A DNA stretch of 59,260 nt, filler included, from Catajapyx aquilonaris (GCA_000934665.2; 3 parts of 3 records of this genome joined end to end with filler, not necessarily neighbours in it), one strand, 5' to 3'; positions 39,470-51,490 are shown, numbered from the whole stretch's first letter. Made by a program: numbers and translations. The notes: generated by a model not told the origin, from the sequence alone.

Positions 39470-39569
39470 NNNNNNNNNNNNNNNNNNNNNNNNNNNNNNN
39501 NNNNNNNNNNNNNTTAATTAATTAANNNNNNNNNNNNNNNNNNNNNNNNNNNNNNNNNNNNNNNNNNNN
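39470..39569. other. Assembly spacer N44-TTAATTAATTAA-N44
   Basis: Identical to the first spacer. Confidence 0.95.
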
Positions 39570-39682
39570 TTATAGTAATTTAAGGAGTAGAAAATACTTT
39601 GTTTATAGTAATTTAAGGAGTAGAAAATACTTTGTTTATAGTAATTTAAGGAGTAGAAAATACTTTGTTTATAGTAATTTAA
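39570..39682. repeat. 33-bp minisatellite (tatagtaatttaaggagtagaaaatactttgtt), about 3.4 copies, resuming at 40710-40743
   Basis: Direct tandem copies are visible at the contig edge. Confidence 0.9.
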
Positions 39683-40709
39683 GGTGGAAATGAAGCTAGA
39701 GTCACTGAATGAGAATTTTATGAAAAAAACATATGTTACGCAGTTTTGTGTCCTCTTATCAATGGCGCAAAGAAAAATACACGTCACCGTGCAAATTAGC
39801 GAACTGGAGGGCTCAGAAGTTCGCGATTTAACATGGGCCCTTATGGCAGAATTTTCAATAGTCCACAAAAAAATCATAAGTAAATGAGAATTTTAAAATT
39901 AAATGTGGAATATGTCGGGACTTATATACTGATCGCAACCGCAAAAAGATAACCCTACCTCACCGTGCTCTTTCAATTTGTATTGCGGAAAAACGATCCG
40001 AAAATGATCCAGTGACGTCACCTTGCTCCACTCGAGTGAGGCAGTGGCAACACTGCGTTGTTTACGGTAGCGAGATACGGTTGCATACGACCACGAAATA
40101 TGAGTGCAAGTTAGTATGATGGTTTTTACAACGGCTCACACAGGATTTTAGTTTGGCGGGGGTGTTTGTCAGACGTCAGAACCGTTATATTGGTTTATAT
40201 AGTTATAATTATAATAGAATAATCGAATGATTCGAATCCACACGGCAATGCCGTCACATACTGCTACGCGATAATTGGCCCGGACCTTTGCTGTGTTGCC
40301 GCTTCTATCTGTCACCCGCGTACCAACTGAACGTGTTCCAAATCCGACACAAATGAAGAGCTACAGGCTCCCCTTTCGGAACTAAACTTTTAAAAATGCC
40401 TCGACAAATTGGGACCTCGTACAGACGACCGAATAAAATCGATTTCCATCAAAAATAACAAATATTAAGCACACCTCCAAATACCATGTTTAAGTTGGCA
40501 GCCGTGACAATTGCGCCTGCGCACAAAAACTTGCCGCCGGTAATGGGCCCATATTAAATCGAGTTTAAAACGCAGATTCGAATGGAATGCATAGGATTGA
40601 ACAGCATTTCCTGCTGCATCGGTTGCGTATGTTTCCCTGATTTTAGCCCTTCTTATTAACATTCCAATTCTAGACTCTCATTTGATTATCAAGTCGCTTC
40701 ATTTCCACC
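39683..40709. mobile_element. TTAA-flanked element with GG termini (Kolobok-like)
   Basis: TTAA|GGTGGAAATGAAGC...GCTTCATTTCCACC|TTAA. Confidence 0.75.
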
Positions 40710-42329
40710 TTAAGGAGAAGAAAATACTTTGTTTATAGTAATTTTTGTCCCCCCACCTCCCACCCCCTTCCCTGAGAAGTACCCTTCATGTGCATAATTC
40801 ATGATTTTCGGTTATGCCACTGTATTCCCCATCCCAAGAAACCTCTAGATCCCAAAAATCTCGCCGATAGCACTAATGATAGCTTCCCCAGGGCCTTCAT
40901 AAAGTTGTCCATTCTCGACCTTTTGACCCCTGTATCTCGAAAACGCTTGAGATCGAGGATTTCTCCAGAAGGGTGTTGTCCTTCTAGCTGATAAGGAACC
41001 CGAAAAAAAATATTTGACCTTGAACTTCGAGGGACACTTCGAGAGGTTCCCTTGTTAGATGTTGTCAGAGTGCCTCATTTAGAGCTAGAGAGTTCAGTGT
41101 ATTTTGTCGCATCAAACTGTGCCAGAATATTCTTGTGACCAAGCTTTTAAACAAGGTACATCTGTTCTTTCTTCAAGGAAACAAGCAGCTTGAGAAGGAA
41201 ATTAATAGCTCACTCTCAGTTAGTACAAATAAAAGGAAGTCAATGATGCCCACACACATTGGTTGCCTTCTACATTCGTGTTGACTAGTTAGTGTAGACA
41301 AAGATATAATATCAAGTCATCATGTGCTGATTAGCACTAACAAGCTTAGGTTGCGTTGCATGTATTAATGTAAGAAACCGAAGTGGGCTAATTAAATGTA
41401 AAGAAACATAGAAAGACGTAACATGGAACAAGAAGGCCTTTCAACTGGTTCAGACTGGCAAAATGACGCTTCACCTGGGCATCAACTTTTCCGTTTTGTT
41501 ATCCTGGAATAATTTTGGCACGTCGCGATTGCACACTCCCCCATGCTGAAAACAGATATGCCAATGTTGATATATTACGAATTACATTTTAACAGGCCAG
41601 AAAGCAATTATGAGCAACGTCAATATCTCGCATATGTGTTAATATTATTATAACCATCTGTTGTGCCCTTCAAAGTTGGTCCGCTTAGTGTCAATAGGCC
41701 GCGTATGTTAGGAAATTAGCCTGTGGCTGATTTTATTTACCGTTATAAATAAAATCAATGCACTGCCGTTTCATATTTTTGGCATGAACTCACCTGACAA
41801 AGACACTCACGTTCCTCTGTGGATTACTCAACACTTCCAGTCTGTCCCTGAACCACCCTGAACTGGGAATGCAACCAAATGCAACTGCGGGCAACCAGAC
41901 CTGGGTCGAGAAGTAAGCAATATGCGACGGCATAATTAGGAAGCAATACGTGACTCAGTGAGTCACTCATCAAACCTGAGCCAGCACAACTACAAGGCGT
42001 TCATTGTGCGAAAATATGCTCCTGGTTTATAGTCACATGCTTGCCTCAGGAGTGTCCAATAGGAAGAAAAAAAATTTGGTCATTTTGGATGGCAGGAAGG
42101 AGATGTTTTTATTGTTCCGCCGGCATGTGTCATGGCGGACCTCATGGTGCACTCTGACAGACCCTGGAGCCTGGACGGCGACAGTGATAGGTGAAGTAAG
42201 TAGAAGGAGCATGAATAGTACATAGTGGTTTGTGGTTAGTACTTGAATATCCTGGACTAGAAGGGTAGGCGCGAGCGAAGCTTTCCCATGCGGAGAGCCT
42301 GAAATTCAAAGCCCGCCACATTTTGCTTT

Positions 42330-42708
42330 CTCGACGCGTCATAACCCCCTCTTCGCTGATTGGCTAAAATCCACCTGTACCTAATATTTTAAAAACAAAC
42401 AGACGTAAAACATGTATATCTGACACCAAATGACGAATGCGATTAAAGGAATCGAAATCATATTGCAAAAGTTATATCACCAAATTGCGCAGAAGATCGG
42501 CGGCGGCGGCGTGAAACTGTGAAAGGCGAGCACTGGACTGGAGGTGAGTGTGGGTCTGTCTGTCGGGGGTTGACGTTGACGTTGTGGAAACACTGGGCTG
42601 CTCTACTCAAGACTCTGCTGTTCGTGCTACACGCCGTAGATTTCATTTGTAAATTCCATGTGATTGGCTCGCCGACAGGGCTGCGTAAGAACTGCAGAGA
42701 GACTCAAG
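42330..42708 (+). promoter_or_regulatory. Rheb promoter and 5'UTR with a probable short UTR intron (donor GAG|GTGAGT at 42544, acceptor near 42678)
   Basis: CpG-rich stretch with ATTGG (CCAAT-box) motifs and a consensus donor upstream of the ATG. Confidence 0.45.
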
Positions 42709-42757
42709 ATGCCAGCTAAGCAGAGGAAGATTGCAGTCATGGGCTTCAGATCTGTTG
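42709..42757 (+). CDS. Rheb: Rheb coding exon 1
   Basis: [17 protein letters not shown], followed by donor GTAGGT. Confidence 0.95.
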
Positions 42758-45611
42758 GTAGGTTGCTTAATTTGTTCATTTTCAGGGTGCTGTACAAGAG
42801 AGCGTGGCTGTATGAGTTCGTTACTGGAATTTTGCAGGTTTTTGTGAGGTTGGCCACTAGTTGAAGCAACTGTTTCAGGGCAGTATTTACGGCATGATCG
42901 CTGGCAATAACCGTTGCAGGTTAGGGCCAGATGTACCATGACCAGTGAATGATGTGCATATGTAGAAAAACTGTCTCATCATAGAATTTTTTTCAGCCTA
43001 CATAGGCTGTGTATGGTTTACTGCTTGTGGTTCAACCCAGCCCTTAGTAGCGTGTTAGTAAGTAAATTGAAAGTCAGATATTGTTTTTGGTTGCTGTGAT
43101 TTATTGCTATTCTGTGTTCATGCCCTAGAAATGCTGAGTGTATACAAAATATTCCACAGAGCTCAGGGATGATGTCCCATGGAATGTGATGAAATTTTAT
43201 CTCCCACCGAATGTCTAAAGTTCAGTGCGAGTGTTTCTTGAAAGTCAAGTGAATATTCAGCATTGTATAGGACAGGGCTATTCAACTGGCGGACCGCGAT
43301 CCGGACCGCGACGATATACAGGACAGTTTGAAATAGCAGTAGAAATTACTAATTCATGATATTTGGGAAAAAGTGCTACCCATTTTATCAAATACACACC
43401 CATTCAAATCTCCCACTTTCACCTAAGCTCGTGTCACGTTCAACCCCCCCCAAAAAAATTTCGCCTGCGGCAGGCTTGCTCCCCGCCCTTTACGGCTCGT
43501 TCACCTTGTGCTTATGAAATGGCCCCCCCCCCTCCAAAAATTTTCTGCCTACGCGTCTGTACAGGACATCATAAAGGGCGAAAATGTCTTAATATGTCCT
43601 GTCTTGATAGGGCCTTCTACCCTTGCTGCACATGTTTCTATTTTCAAAAATGAACCCTGTGGTACCATATAAAATCCATATCTTTACCCAGGGGGAGGGG
43701 GGAGGGGGGAGGGGGTCCCGGACCTTCAATGGCCCAGGAGAGGTAAATACTGGACCTTGTCATAAACTACTTGAATACCCCTGGTATAGGATATAATATG
43801 TACTATACGGAGCCTTTCTTCACCTGTCACCCTTACCAGATGTGCACAGTTTGAACCATCAACATGAGAAGACAATGTACTGTACACAGTGGGAGTCAGT
43901 GACGATCATCAACGAATTAATACATCTTCTTGTGTACAGGCATATTTTTCCAGAGAGATAGAATAGTTTTATTAAAATAATTTGTTACCCTCCCTCTCGA
44001 TCACAAATGTTATGTTAGCAACCCTAAATGGGATCGTGACCAACAGTTTGGGAAGCACTGCTTTAGAACATTATGAATAAACTTGTTCATGTTTGCATAT
44101 ATGAAACAATTTGCAATTTACACATGATAAATATTGCTTTCTCATGCTAATCTGTGAATCCACCTTTCTATAAACCTTCTTTAATAATGCCATTAAATAT
44201 TATTGAATTTCAGGAAAGTCATCTCTGACAATCCAGTTTGTGGAAGGACAGTTTGTGGATTCTTATGAACCAACAATAGAAAACAGTAAGTAGAGCAGCT
44301 CAACAATAATGTGAAGGGTTTATTGCTAATGTTTTGCAACTATTGGGATTATTTTTTACTCATAAGAGTGACAAAGGAATTTGTATAATTTTGCTGAACA
44401 TGGTCTGTATTGCATCCTATATCCTATCCTATCCTTCATCCTATTATACGGGTCTTGTATTATACAGGGTGTTCCTAGTTCGTGGGTCCTTTTAGTGATA
44501 GGAAATTTCCCTCAGCTATTATTTTTTTGTAGCTTGTTGCACCCTGATCCAGATGCCCTATTCTATTGAAACTGCTATATTCGCCCACCAGAGAGCAGCC
44601 CCCCACAACTCCCTATCTAGTCCTATTGTGACGGTAGTTGAATATAAAAGGCACTCCCAGCCTGAAATTTGGCGCTTGCGCGGGCTCCGCAGGGATGTTG
44701 TGGTTCGGGTGGCTGACTGGCGATCTGCGCATGCCCTCCAGACCCAGCTGCAGTGGAAAGAATAGTTCGGATTGGTTCAGGCGTCCGCGAGCAGCTACCC
44801 CAACCACAACATCCCTGTGGGCATGCGCCAGCACCGCGGACGGAACCTCTTATATTCAACTACCGTATCGTATGAGTTGCAGGGGGCTGCCTGAGAGGAA
44901 TGGGGCACATTGATCGGGGCACAACAAGCTACAAAAAAATAACAGCTTCAAGTGTTATCAGTGATAACTAAAAAAACGACCCACTTACTTGGAACACCCT
45001 GCATAAATGTTGAGTGGCTTGATAGCATTACCCCTGGTGCATGTAACTTTTTTTTTTTTTTTCAGCATTTTCCAAGATTTTGAAGGTGCGTGGGCAGGAG
45101 TATGAGGTGAAGCTAGTGGACACAGCTGGGCAAGATGAGTACTCCATCTTTCCAACGCAATATTCAATGGACATTCATGGATATGTGCTTGTGTATTCCA
45201 TTGTGGACAACAAGTCATTCGATGTGGTTAAAGTCATTTATGACAAGCTACTAGACATGACTGGAAAAGTCAAGTATGTAATGCAACCTTTGTGCATCGA
45301 AATATTCTGATATAATCTTGCTTGCAGTGTACCTTTGGTGCTGGTTGGGAACAAAACAGATCTCCAGATGGAGCGAAAGGTCAGCCAAGAAGAGGGCAGA
45401 AAATTGGCAGAATCATGGAAGGCTGCATTCCTTGAAGCCTCTGCCAAACAAAATGAGGTAAGGCTAGTTCACATGGAATGTTAGAAATCTATCAGAGTCA
45501 TAGTATAATGTATTCTTGTAGTCTGTTGCAGACGTATTCCATACAATCATACTTGAGATAGAGAAAGCTAATGGCAATGTGCAAGAAAAGAGTGGATGTG
45601 CAGTGTCCTGA
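42709..45611 (+). CDS. Rheb: Rheb small GTPase, complete, 5 coding exons, 182 aa
   Basis: Exons 42709-42757, 44214-44285, 45066-45273, 45328-45457 and 45522-45611 (549 nt). P-loop GFRSVGKSS carries the Rheb-diagnostic Arg. Also [29 protein letters not shown] and C-terminal CaaX CAVS*. Confidence 0.97.
43273..43783. mobile_element. hAT-like MITE in Rheb intron 1
   Basis: cagggctattcaa and ttgaatacccctg ends; perfect 8-bp TSD gtatagga. Confidence 0.85.
44214..44285 (+). CDS. Rheb: Rheb coding exon 2
   Basis: [23 protein letters not shown]; tttcAG and GTAAGT boundaries. Confidence 0.95.
44465..45001. mobile_element. CAGGGTG-terminal MITE in Rheb intron 2
   Basis: cagggtgttcc...gtgggtc and gacccac...ggaacaccctg. 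Inner arms gtagcttgttg/caacaagctac are shared with 20277-20375. Confidence 0.75.
45066..45273 (+). CDS. Rheb: Rheb coding exon 3
   Basis: [29 protein letters not shown]...[10 protein letters not shown]; poly-T acceptor and GTATGT donor. Confidence 0.96.
45328..45457 (+). CDS. Rheb: Rheb coding exon 4
   Basis: [43 protein letters not shown], after a 54-nt intron. Confidence 0.95.
45522..45611 (+). CDS. Rheb: Rheb coding exon 5
   Basis: [29 protein letters not shown], after a 64-nt intron. Confidence 0.94.
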   Translation, partial: SVADVFHTIILEIEKANGNVQEKSGCAVS

Positions 45612-46859
45612 AGATGTTATTGGTAAGAAGTGTTAATAATGCCTTTGATGGATTACAGTGAGACCTCCAAAATATGAAGAATTGAGCCACTTGCTGCATT
45701 GGTTGAAGGCTAATGAACGTAAAGTTTTGTACATCTAATATCATTTGAGTTTTCATTCACCATGATAGCAAGACAGCCAGTTGCCTGTCAGTCACAGAGA
45801 CAGTACATATTGCAATGTTGCCATATGTGTTGCAGAAAAATGGCAATTTATTTCAACTTATTTGTCACTTTTCTGCCGACTTTAATTAATGAGCTGCAAA
45901 TTGTACAGTTTATAGCCTAAAGGCTGTTTCACAAATTCAGCGTTGTGAGAGCAGGATGTGTGGAACTTGCGGAAAACTTGCGAGGGGTAACACATGTTGT
46001 GTGTGATGGCCGAGTGGCAGCATTGCACTAGCATCCAACTGGGTTGAGTTTGTGTGTGCAATCACCAGAGGCCCACGTGCCCCCTTCTCGCAAGGCCAAG
46101 TTTGTGAAACAGCCTTAACCGTCACTGCTATGTGCAACCTTACAATCAGATGCTGTATTCCACAAGAGGGTATTTACAGCAAAGATTTGAATGTACCCTT
46201 TGCTGGTGGATTACTCTCTATCTCCAAGAGATGATTGCTTTATATTTCCACACACCTTTGCAGCTGAGGTTGCACACACATGTGAAAGGATGGCTATAAA
46301 ATATATCTTGTTAATTGGTGAGAGCAGTCATTCATCACCACTGATCTGCCACTTGAAACCTCATTATATCTCTTCCTGGCCACCCTCTAGACTGCATGTG
46401 CTGTGGCTTGTGCTGCAGCTAGTGATTACAATATTTTTATTTATTATCATTTATTTATTTTTATTTACTATCAATTACCCCACAAGGCCCAAGGGCCTTC
46501 TTCAGGGGACACACACTCCCTCCTTACATAGTATCAAGTATTCACATTTCAATATCACAAAAAGTCAAATTTTTGGATTATCAAGTCAAAGAAGCGAGCC
46601 AACATATAGGTATCTTCTTTAGATATATACCGAAAGAGCATGTGCAGCAGATGAGGTGGGGTTCGAGGTATTTTGACATAGTGATTACAATATGTTAATA
46701 GGTATATGTTCACTAGGTTTGATTTTTAGGTTTTCAATGACTGAAGCCATGAGAGAAATATGGAGGTTGATCATAAGAAAGTGAAAGTCAGTTATTAATA
46801 CTATTATCATTATGATACAGAAATAGTCATCATTATATGTACTATCAACACTATACATA

Positions 46860-47680
46860 TACTCTACATTATGTGAACTATTCTTGCTGTAGGTGGTACG
46901 GCCTTTCGTGTAGTTTATGGAGCATTTCAGATCCACCACGTAACACCAGGTAGTCACGTGACAGCTATTTGAAGATGGCGGTCCCGCTGGAGGTGTGCAC
47001 CAGAGAAGAGCCAGCGGTTTCCATGCCAGTGAAGGTGTGAAACCCACAGACATTTACCATTGGATGAAGGCACAGTATGGTAGTGCCTGAGTATCACTAC
47101 AGCAGGTGTATGAATGGGCGCGGAAGTTCACAGGAGGCTTGACATGTGAGATGGACACCCCACGACCTGGTGGCCTGCGTATACTGCTGTCACAGACGAG
47201 ACTGTAGCGGCCGCGGATGAGCTTATTCGTCAAGACCAACGCATCAATGTGAAAGATGTGAGTATTGGGTCAGTTGAGGTCATCATACACGAGTACATGA
47301 GATACGCAAAAGTGCCGGCCAGATGGGTTCCCAGGCAATTGACACATGAATTGAAGGAACTGCATGTCGATGCATGTGCAAGGCTTCTCAGACGTTACGA
47401 GGAGAAAGGAGAGGACTTTTTGTGCCATTGAGTGAATGGCGATGAATGCTGGGTGGATCACTTCCAGCCAGAAACTAAACATTCCAGCAAAGAATGGCGA
47501 CACTCATCTTCCCCAAACCCCAACTGCTCTTCTCAGGTGCACACCTCGAGCGGGGTCGCCATCTTCAAATAGCTTTCACGTGACTACCTGGTATGACATG
47601 GTGGATCTGAAACGCTCCATACCTACAACATGAATGGCTGTACCACCTAAAGCAAGAATAGTTCACATAATGTATAGTAT
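46860..47680 (+). mobile_element. Internally deleted mariner remnant with about 150-bp inverted arms
   Basis: Degenerate transposase: MAVPLEVCTREE, SEGVKPTDIY, VYEWARKF, AKVPARWVPRQLT and GDECWV. 46860-47010 is the reverse complement of 47527-47680. Confidence 0.85.
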
Positions 47681-48541
47681 AAATTTGTAAATCAACTTGT
47701 AAGGTTATTTACTGCCCTCGTATAAAAATTACCGCGGCCACGCGCAACCCCATGGAAAAGGCTTCGCAACCCCCAGGTTGGGAACCACTGCCCTAAATGT
47801 TTACTTAGTTGCCAGGTAATGCCAGCACTGTCAATGCCAAAAAAAAAACATTCAGAGACTGCTAATACGTCCAGCACTGTACATAATGTACTGAGTGAAT
47901 ACGAACACGTAATGGCAAAAATTAAAGAGATGTAATTTGGAGGTTACACTGTATTAGTATTATATAATATGATTTATGTGGAAAACCTGATAAAAATATA
48001 CAAATGTATATGGTCCTGAGTTTTTGACCCAATTGTTAGATGGTCAGAGAGACTTGATTTACTGGCAAGGAATACCAGTGTGTTTTTTTTTGTTTGGTAA
48101 AGATTGTTAAAGTTTTTTAAATATATTCAAAAATTTCAAGACTTAATTATTAACAACCATATGGGAAGTTGTTAGTATCACAGTATTTTGTTATGAAAAG
48201 CCACAAGTCGTGGATTTCATTGGCATGTATTGAGAAGTGTGTATTGTCAAGTTTTTTTGTTTGTAACAATTCTTGTCAGCAGCTTGTTTTGTAGATTAAA
48301 ATTACCAAATGTCAAATCTAGTTTTATTTGCTGCCCATTTTCACTGGAAGTCACCTCCCCATATTCTGATAAGTGCTCTGGTATAGTGATGAGTCCACTT
48401 TGTGTTTGGTTTATCAAGGTATTTGATGAATTGGAACAACATTGCTTCCTGTCTATATTTTATTAGAAAGTTAGGCATTATTAGGCTGAGTTGGGAAGAG
48501 ATTTTATTGTAACAAACAGTAAGATACATTAGTGTACCAGA

Positions 48542-49221
48542 CAGAGCCGGCNGGGGGGCAGGCCCCGCGCTGGGGAAGGCCTCGCGCTTGGGAAGACAAC
48601 GGGCAACTTATGGAATTGTACAAAACTGAGAAATCCCCGCATATTGTCGTTCTTTCATTGTCCTACTAAAAAAATTTTTTTGAAAAAAAAGGAAATCCTT
48701 CCGGCATCATACGCCAGATTCTTGAAACGAACACGTCTGGTAAAAGGGACTCCCCAACCTAAACTATGTTATCTGATAACATGCGCGAGCCTTCGCCTTC
48801 GATAAGTGCAGCGAGGGACTTGCTCCTCCCTTGCAGTTGGGTCTCCCTCCCTAATTACTGCCAGGCCCCGCGCTTCCAAATATCCCAATTATTCATTACT
48901 AATTCATGATTTTTTGGTAAAAGTGCTACCAATTTCATCAATACACACCCATTCAACTCTACCACATTCAACTAAGCTTGTGTAACCTTGAACCCCCCAA
49001 AAAAATTCGCCTGCGCCGGGCTTTTGCTTCCGCCCTCTACTGTTTATGGGCCCGCACTCAAAGATATTCTGCCTACACCCCTCAGTTGTACGTTATTAGA
49101 GAAAGTCAGCCAACAAAAATGTTGGATACGTAATTCGTGTTGTTCATAAATTCACTCACTGAGAATAGGCCCCGCATTTAGTTCTTGCCCTAGGTCCCGC
49201 ACCCACCTAGGGCCGGCCCTG
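48542..49221. mobile_element. hAT-like MITE
   Basis: cagagccggc and gccggccctg ends; TSD gtaccaga/gtaccagt; internal block shared with 43273-43783. Confidence 0.75.
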
Positions 49222-49236
49222 GTACCAGTGGTCGAC

Positions 49237-50305
49237 AGTGTCCCAGTGGTCGACACTGGAGATTTGGAACCTAAATAATACGGGTAAACGGCAATATTGA
49301 GTAGAACTGAGACATATGGCATCATTTTACATCCCTGTGGGGCTGACTGATCACCACATATTTACCATTCATGGCCTACTTTGTGAATGAGAAGCACGTG
49401 AACACATCATCTCTGATTTTTGCCTTGAAATTGTGCTTTTCTTAGCGGATTCACTAAGAGACACGTAGAAAGTAAAACCTTGCATATAAATAAGTGGAAG
49501 TGTTACTTCGGGTTTTTTGAGTGGAAAAGGATATAAATGTTTCAAATTTTCCAAATTTGATGTCCTTCTGCGTCAATCTTATGTAGAGGAAGTTTTAGCT
49601 GGGGTGTCGACTACTGGACTCAAAAAACGTTGATGTTCCAATATTATCGACACCCCGTGTTGACCATTGGACACTGAGCCATAGTCAACACCCGAGACTA
49701 GGAAGCTAAAAAAACAAGGGAGTGCGGCAATGTGGAAAAAAAGTGGTACACCTGGCAACATTTCACATCCCTTTGGGGCTGTCTCCTGTCTGATCACCAC
49801 GTGTTTACCATTCGTGACCTACCTTGGGAGTGGGAAACTCACGAAAGAGTGAGCTGAGATTTTCATTGTACAGGTGTTCTATAAAAATTTAAAGTGCAGT
49901 TATCTCAAGATTCATCACTTATGTATGTGTGATAATAATTATCGTAATGGATGATGATTCAGAATAAAAAATCTAATTACTCTATTAAATTATGCTAACT
50001 AGACATGGTGTACAACTTACCCTTCCCTGATGATATTGACACAACAGCAGTAATACGGTATATGGAGGGTGTCGATAACTGGAACAGTCACATTTTGGGG
50101 TGTCGAGAACTGGAGCATTTACACACTTGCATATTTAAATATTTACGCAAAATTAATCTGTTTAATGTGGCACGGATATGCACTGGATGAAAAAGCAAGT
50201 CTCGACGATTCGGACGATATTTTTTTCGAGGATTTCTTAAACTAATTCCCATGGAAAGAGTGTCCGATGTGAATTTTTTTCTGAAGTGTCGACCACTGGG
50301 ACACT
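49237..50305. mobile_element. TIR element with 21-bp inverted ends and many GTCGAC motifs
   Basis: agtgtcccagtggtcgacact and agtgtcgaccactgggacact; internal direct repeat 49323-49378 and 49759-49822. Confidence 0.65.
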
Positions 50306-51490
50306 TATCTTAGCTTACTCTAAAAGTTGTCGTGAGCAGGTTTGGACTGCCCGCCTCTGCCCCCCCTCCAGTGTTTATGTTGGCTCTCCTGAGTGGGCCT
50401 GAGTTGGCTCCCCTGTCCGGCGGTGCTGGGGGGCGCAGGTAAGACAGTGGGTGAAAAGCGACCAGAGGAGGAGGACGCTAGGTAGCGGCTCTCCTGCCAA
50501 CCAAGCCGTTTGCGGTATGTACTTGGGTTCCTCTCGCAAATAAAGGCATTGCACAGAAGCGGTGGTGTTGTTATTGGGTTGCACCTTGGATGTAACCGCT
50601 GACCTAAGGTCATAAAGTAGAGAGGGCTAGATGCTAATCCTTTAGAAGTTTTTGGTGAAAGTGATCCATTTATGATGTACTAGTTTGTTTCTCTCGAGGC
50701 ATAAATTAATCTTGTGCATGCCCAGGGTGTCCAGATGATTAAGACCTTTAAAAAATAACATTTCAAAACTCGTTTTAACATGCAGGGTGTTTCTTACTAG
50801 TACAGTGAAATCTGTCCATATTGTACCCTGAGTAGAGCGAAAACTTGTCAATTGCGGAATTCTTCCTGGGAACCGGCATAGGACATGCGATGTATTTTTT
50901 AATGGAAAATTTTTCGGGTCCCATGCTATTCCACTATACACAGATTTCACTGTATGTTGTCTGGCTGGCAGCATTTTCCTTGGCTGAATGCAAGTCATTA
51001 ATGTAGGAGGAAGGAATGTCAAAGGACCAAAGGGTAATAAGGTGGCCTAGAGCCTAGACACAGGCGGCAACACACAAACACCTCCTTGTAGGGAGATAGC
51101 TTGACAGGCAGACCTGCTCGCCTTACAATAGTTCCCAATATCCTGGTTCTTAGGCAACTACTGTAGGTACACTGTTGTCATCACGGTCTTAGGTTGTCAC
51201 TTGGCTAGGGACAGGCCAATGTAATCGGTCGCCTACCTCTTTACATCTTTACAGGTTGGTCTCATATTTCTCCTCCCTACATTTTTGACTTGTTTTTGGC
51301 CAATAAGTACGTTTCTGGCTGGATGACATTTTAGAACGAAACACCCTGTATGCATATCCACGTTACACATTCGAAGTTTTTTCTTCATATATTTTTTCAA
51401 TAACTTGAAAATGTTGTTTACTAGAAGTGACACATGATTACTGATAATTAATCTATGGTGTTTTACTAGGAAATTGGCTAGTACATTATA

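Noticed and set aside
39570..39682. CRISPR-like direct repeats
   Set aside because: The 33-bp units are contiguous with no spacers, the context is eukaryotic, and there are no cas genes.
33509..42709. MICAL and Rheb as a divergent gene pair
   Set aside because: They are separated by an artificial assembly spacer, so linkage is not demonstrated.
42940..43230. Box C-like ATGATG motifs in Rheb intron 1 (possible snoRNA)
   Set aside because: No properly placed box D or terminal stem.
50642..51022. FLPPTLMTCIQP resembling the pogo DDE motif FLPPNTT..QP
   Set aside because: An isolated motif with no supporting flanking transposase motifs.
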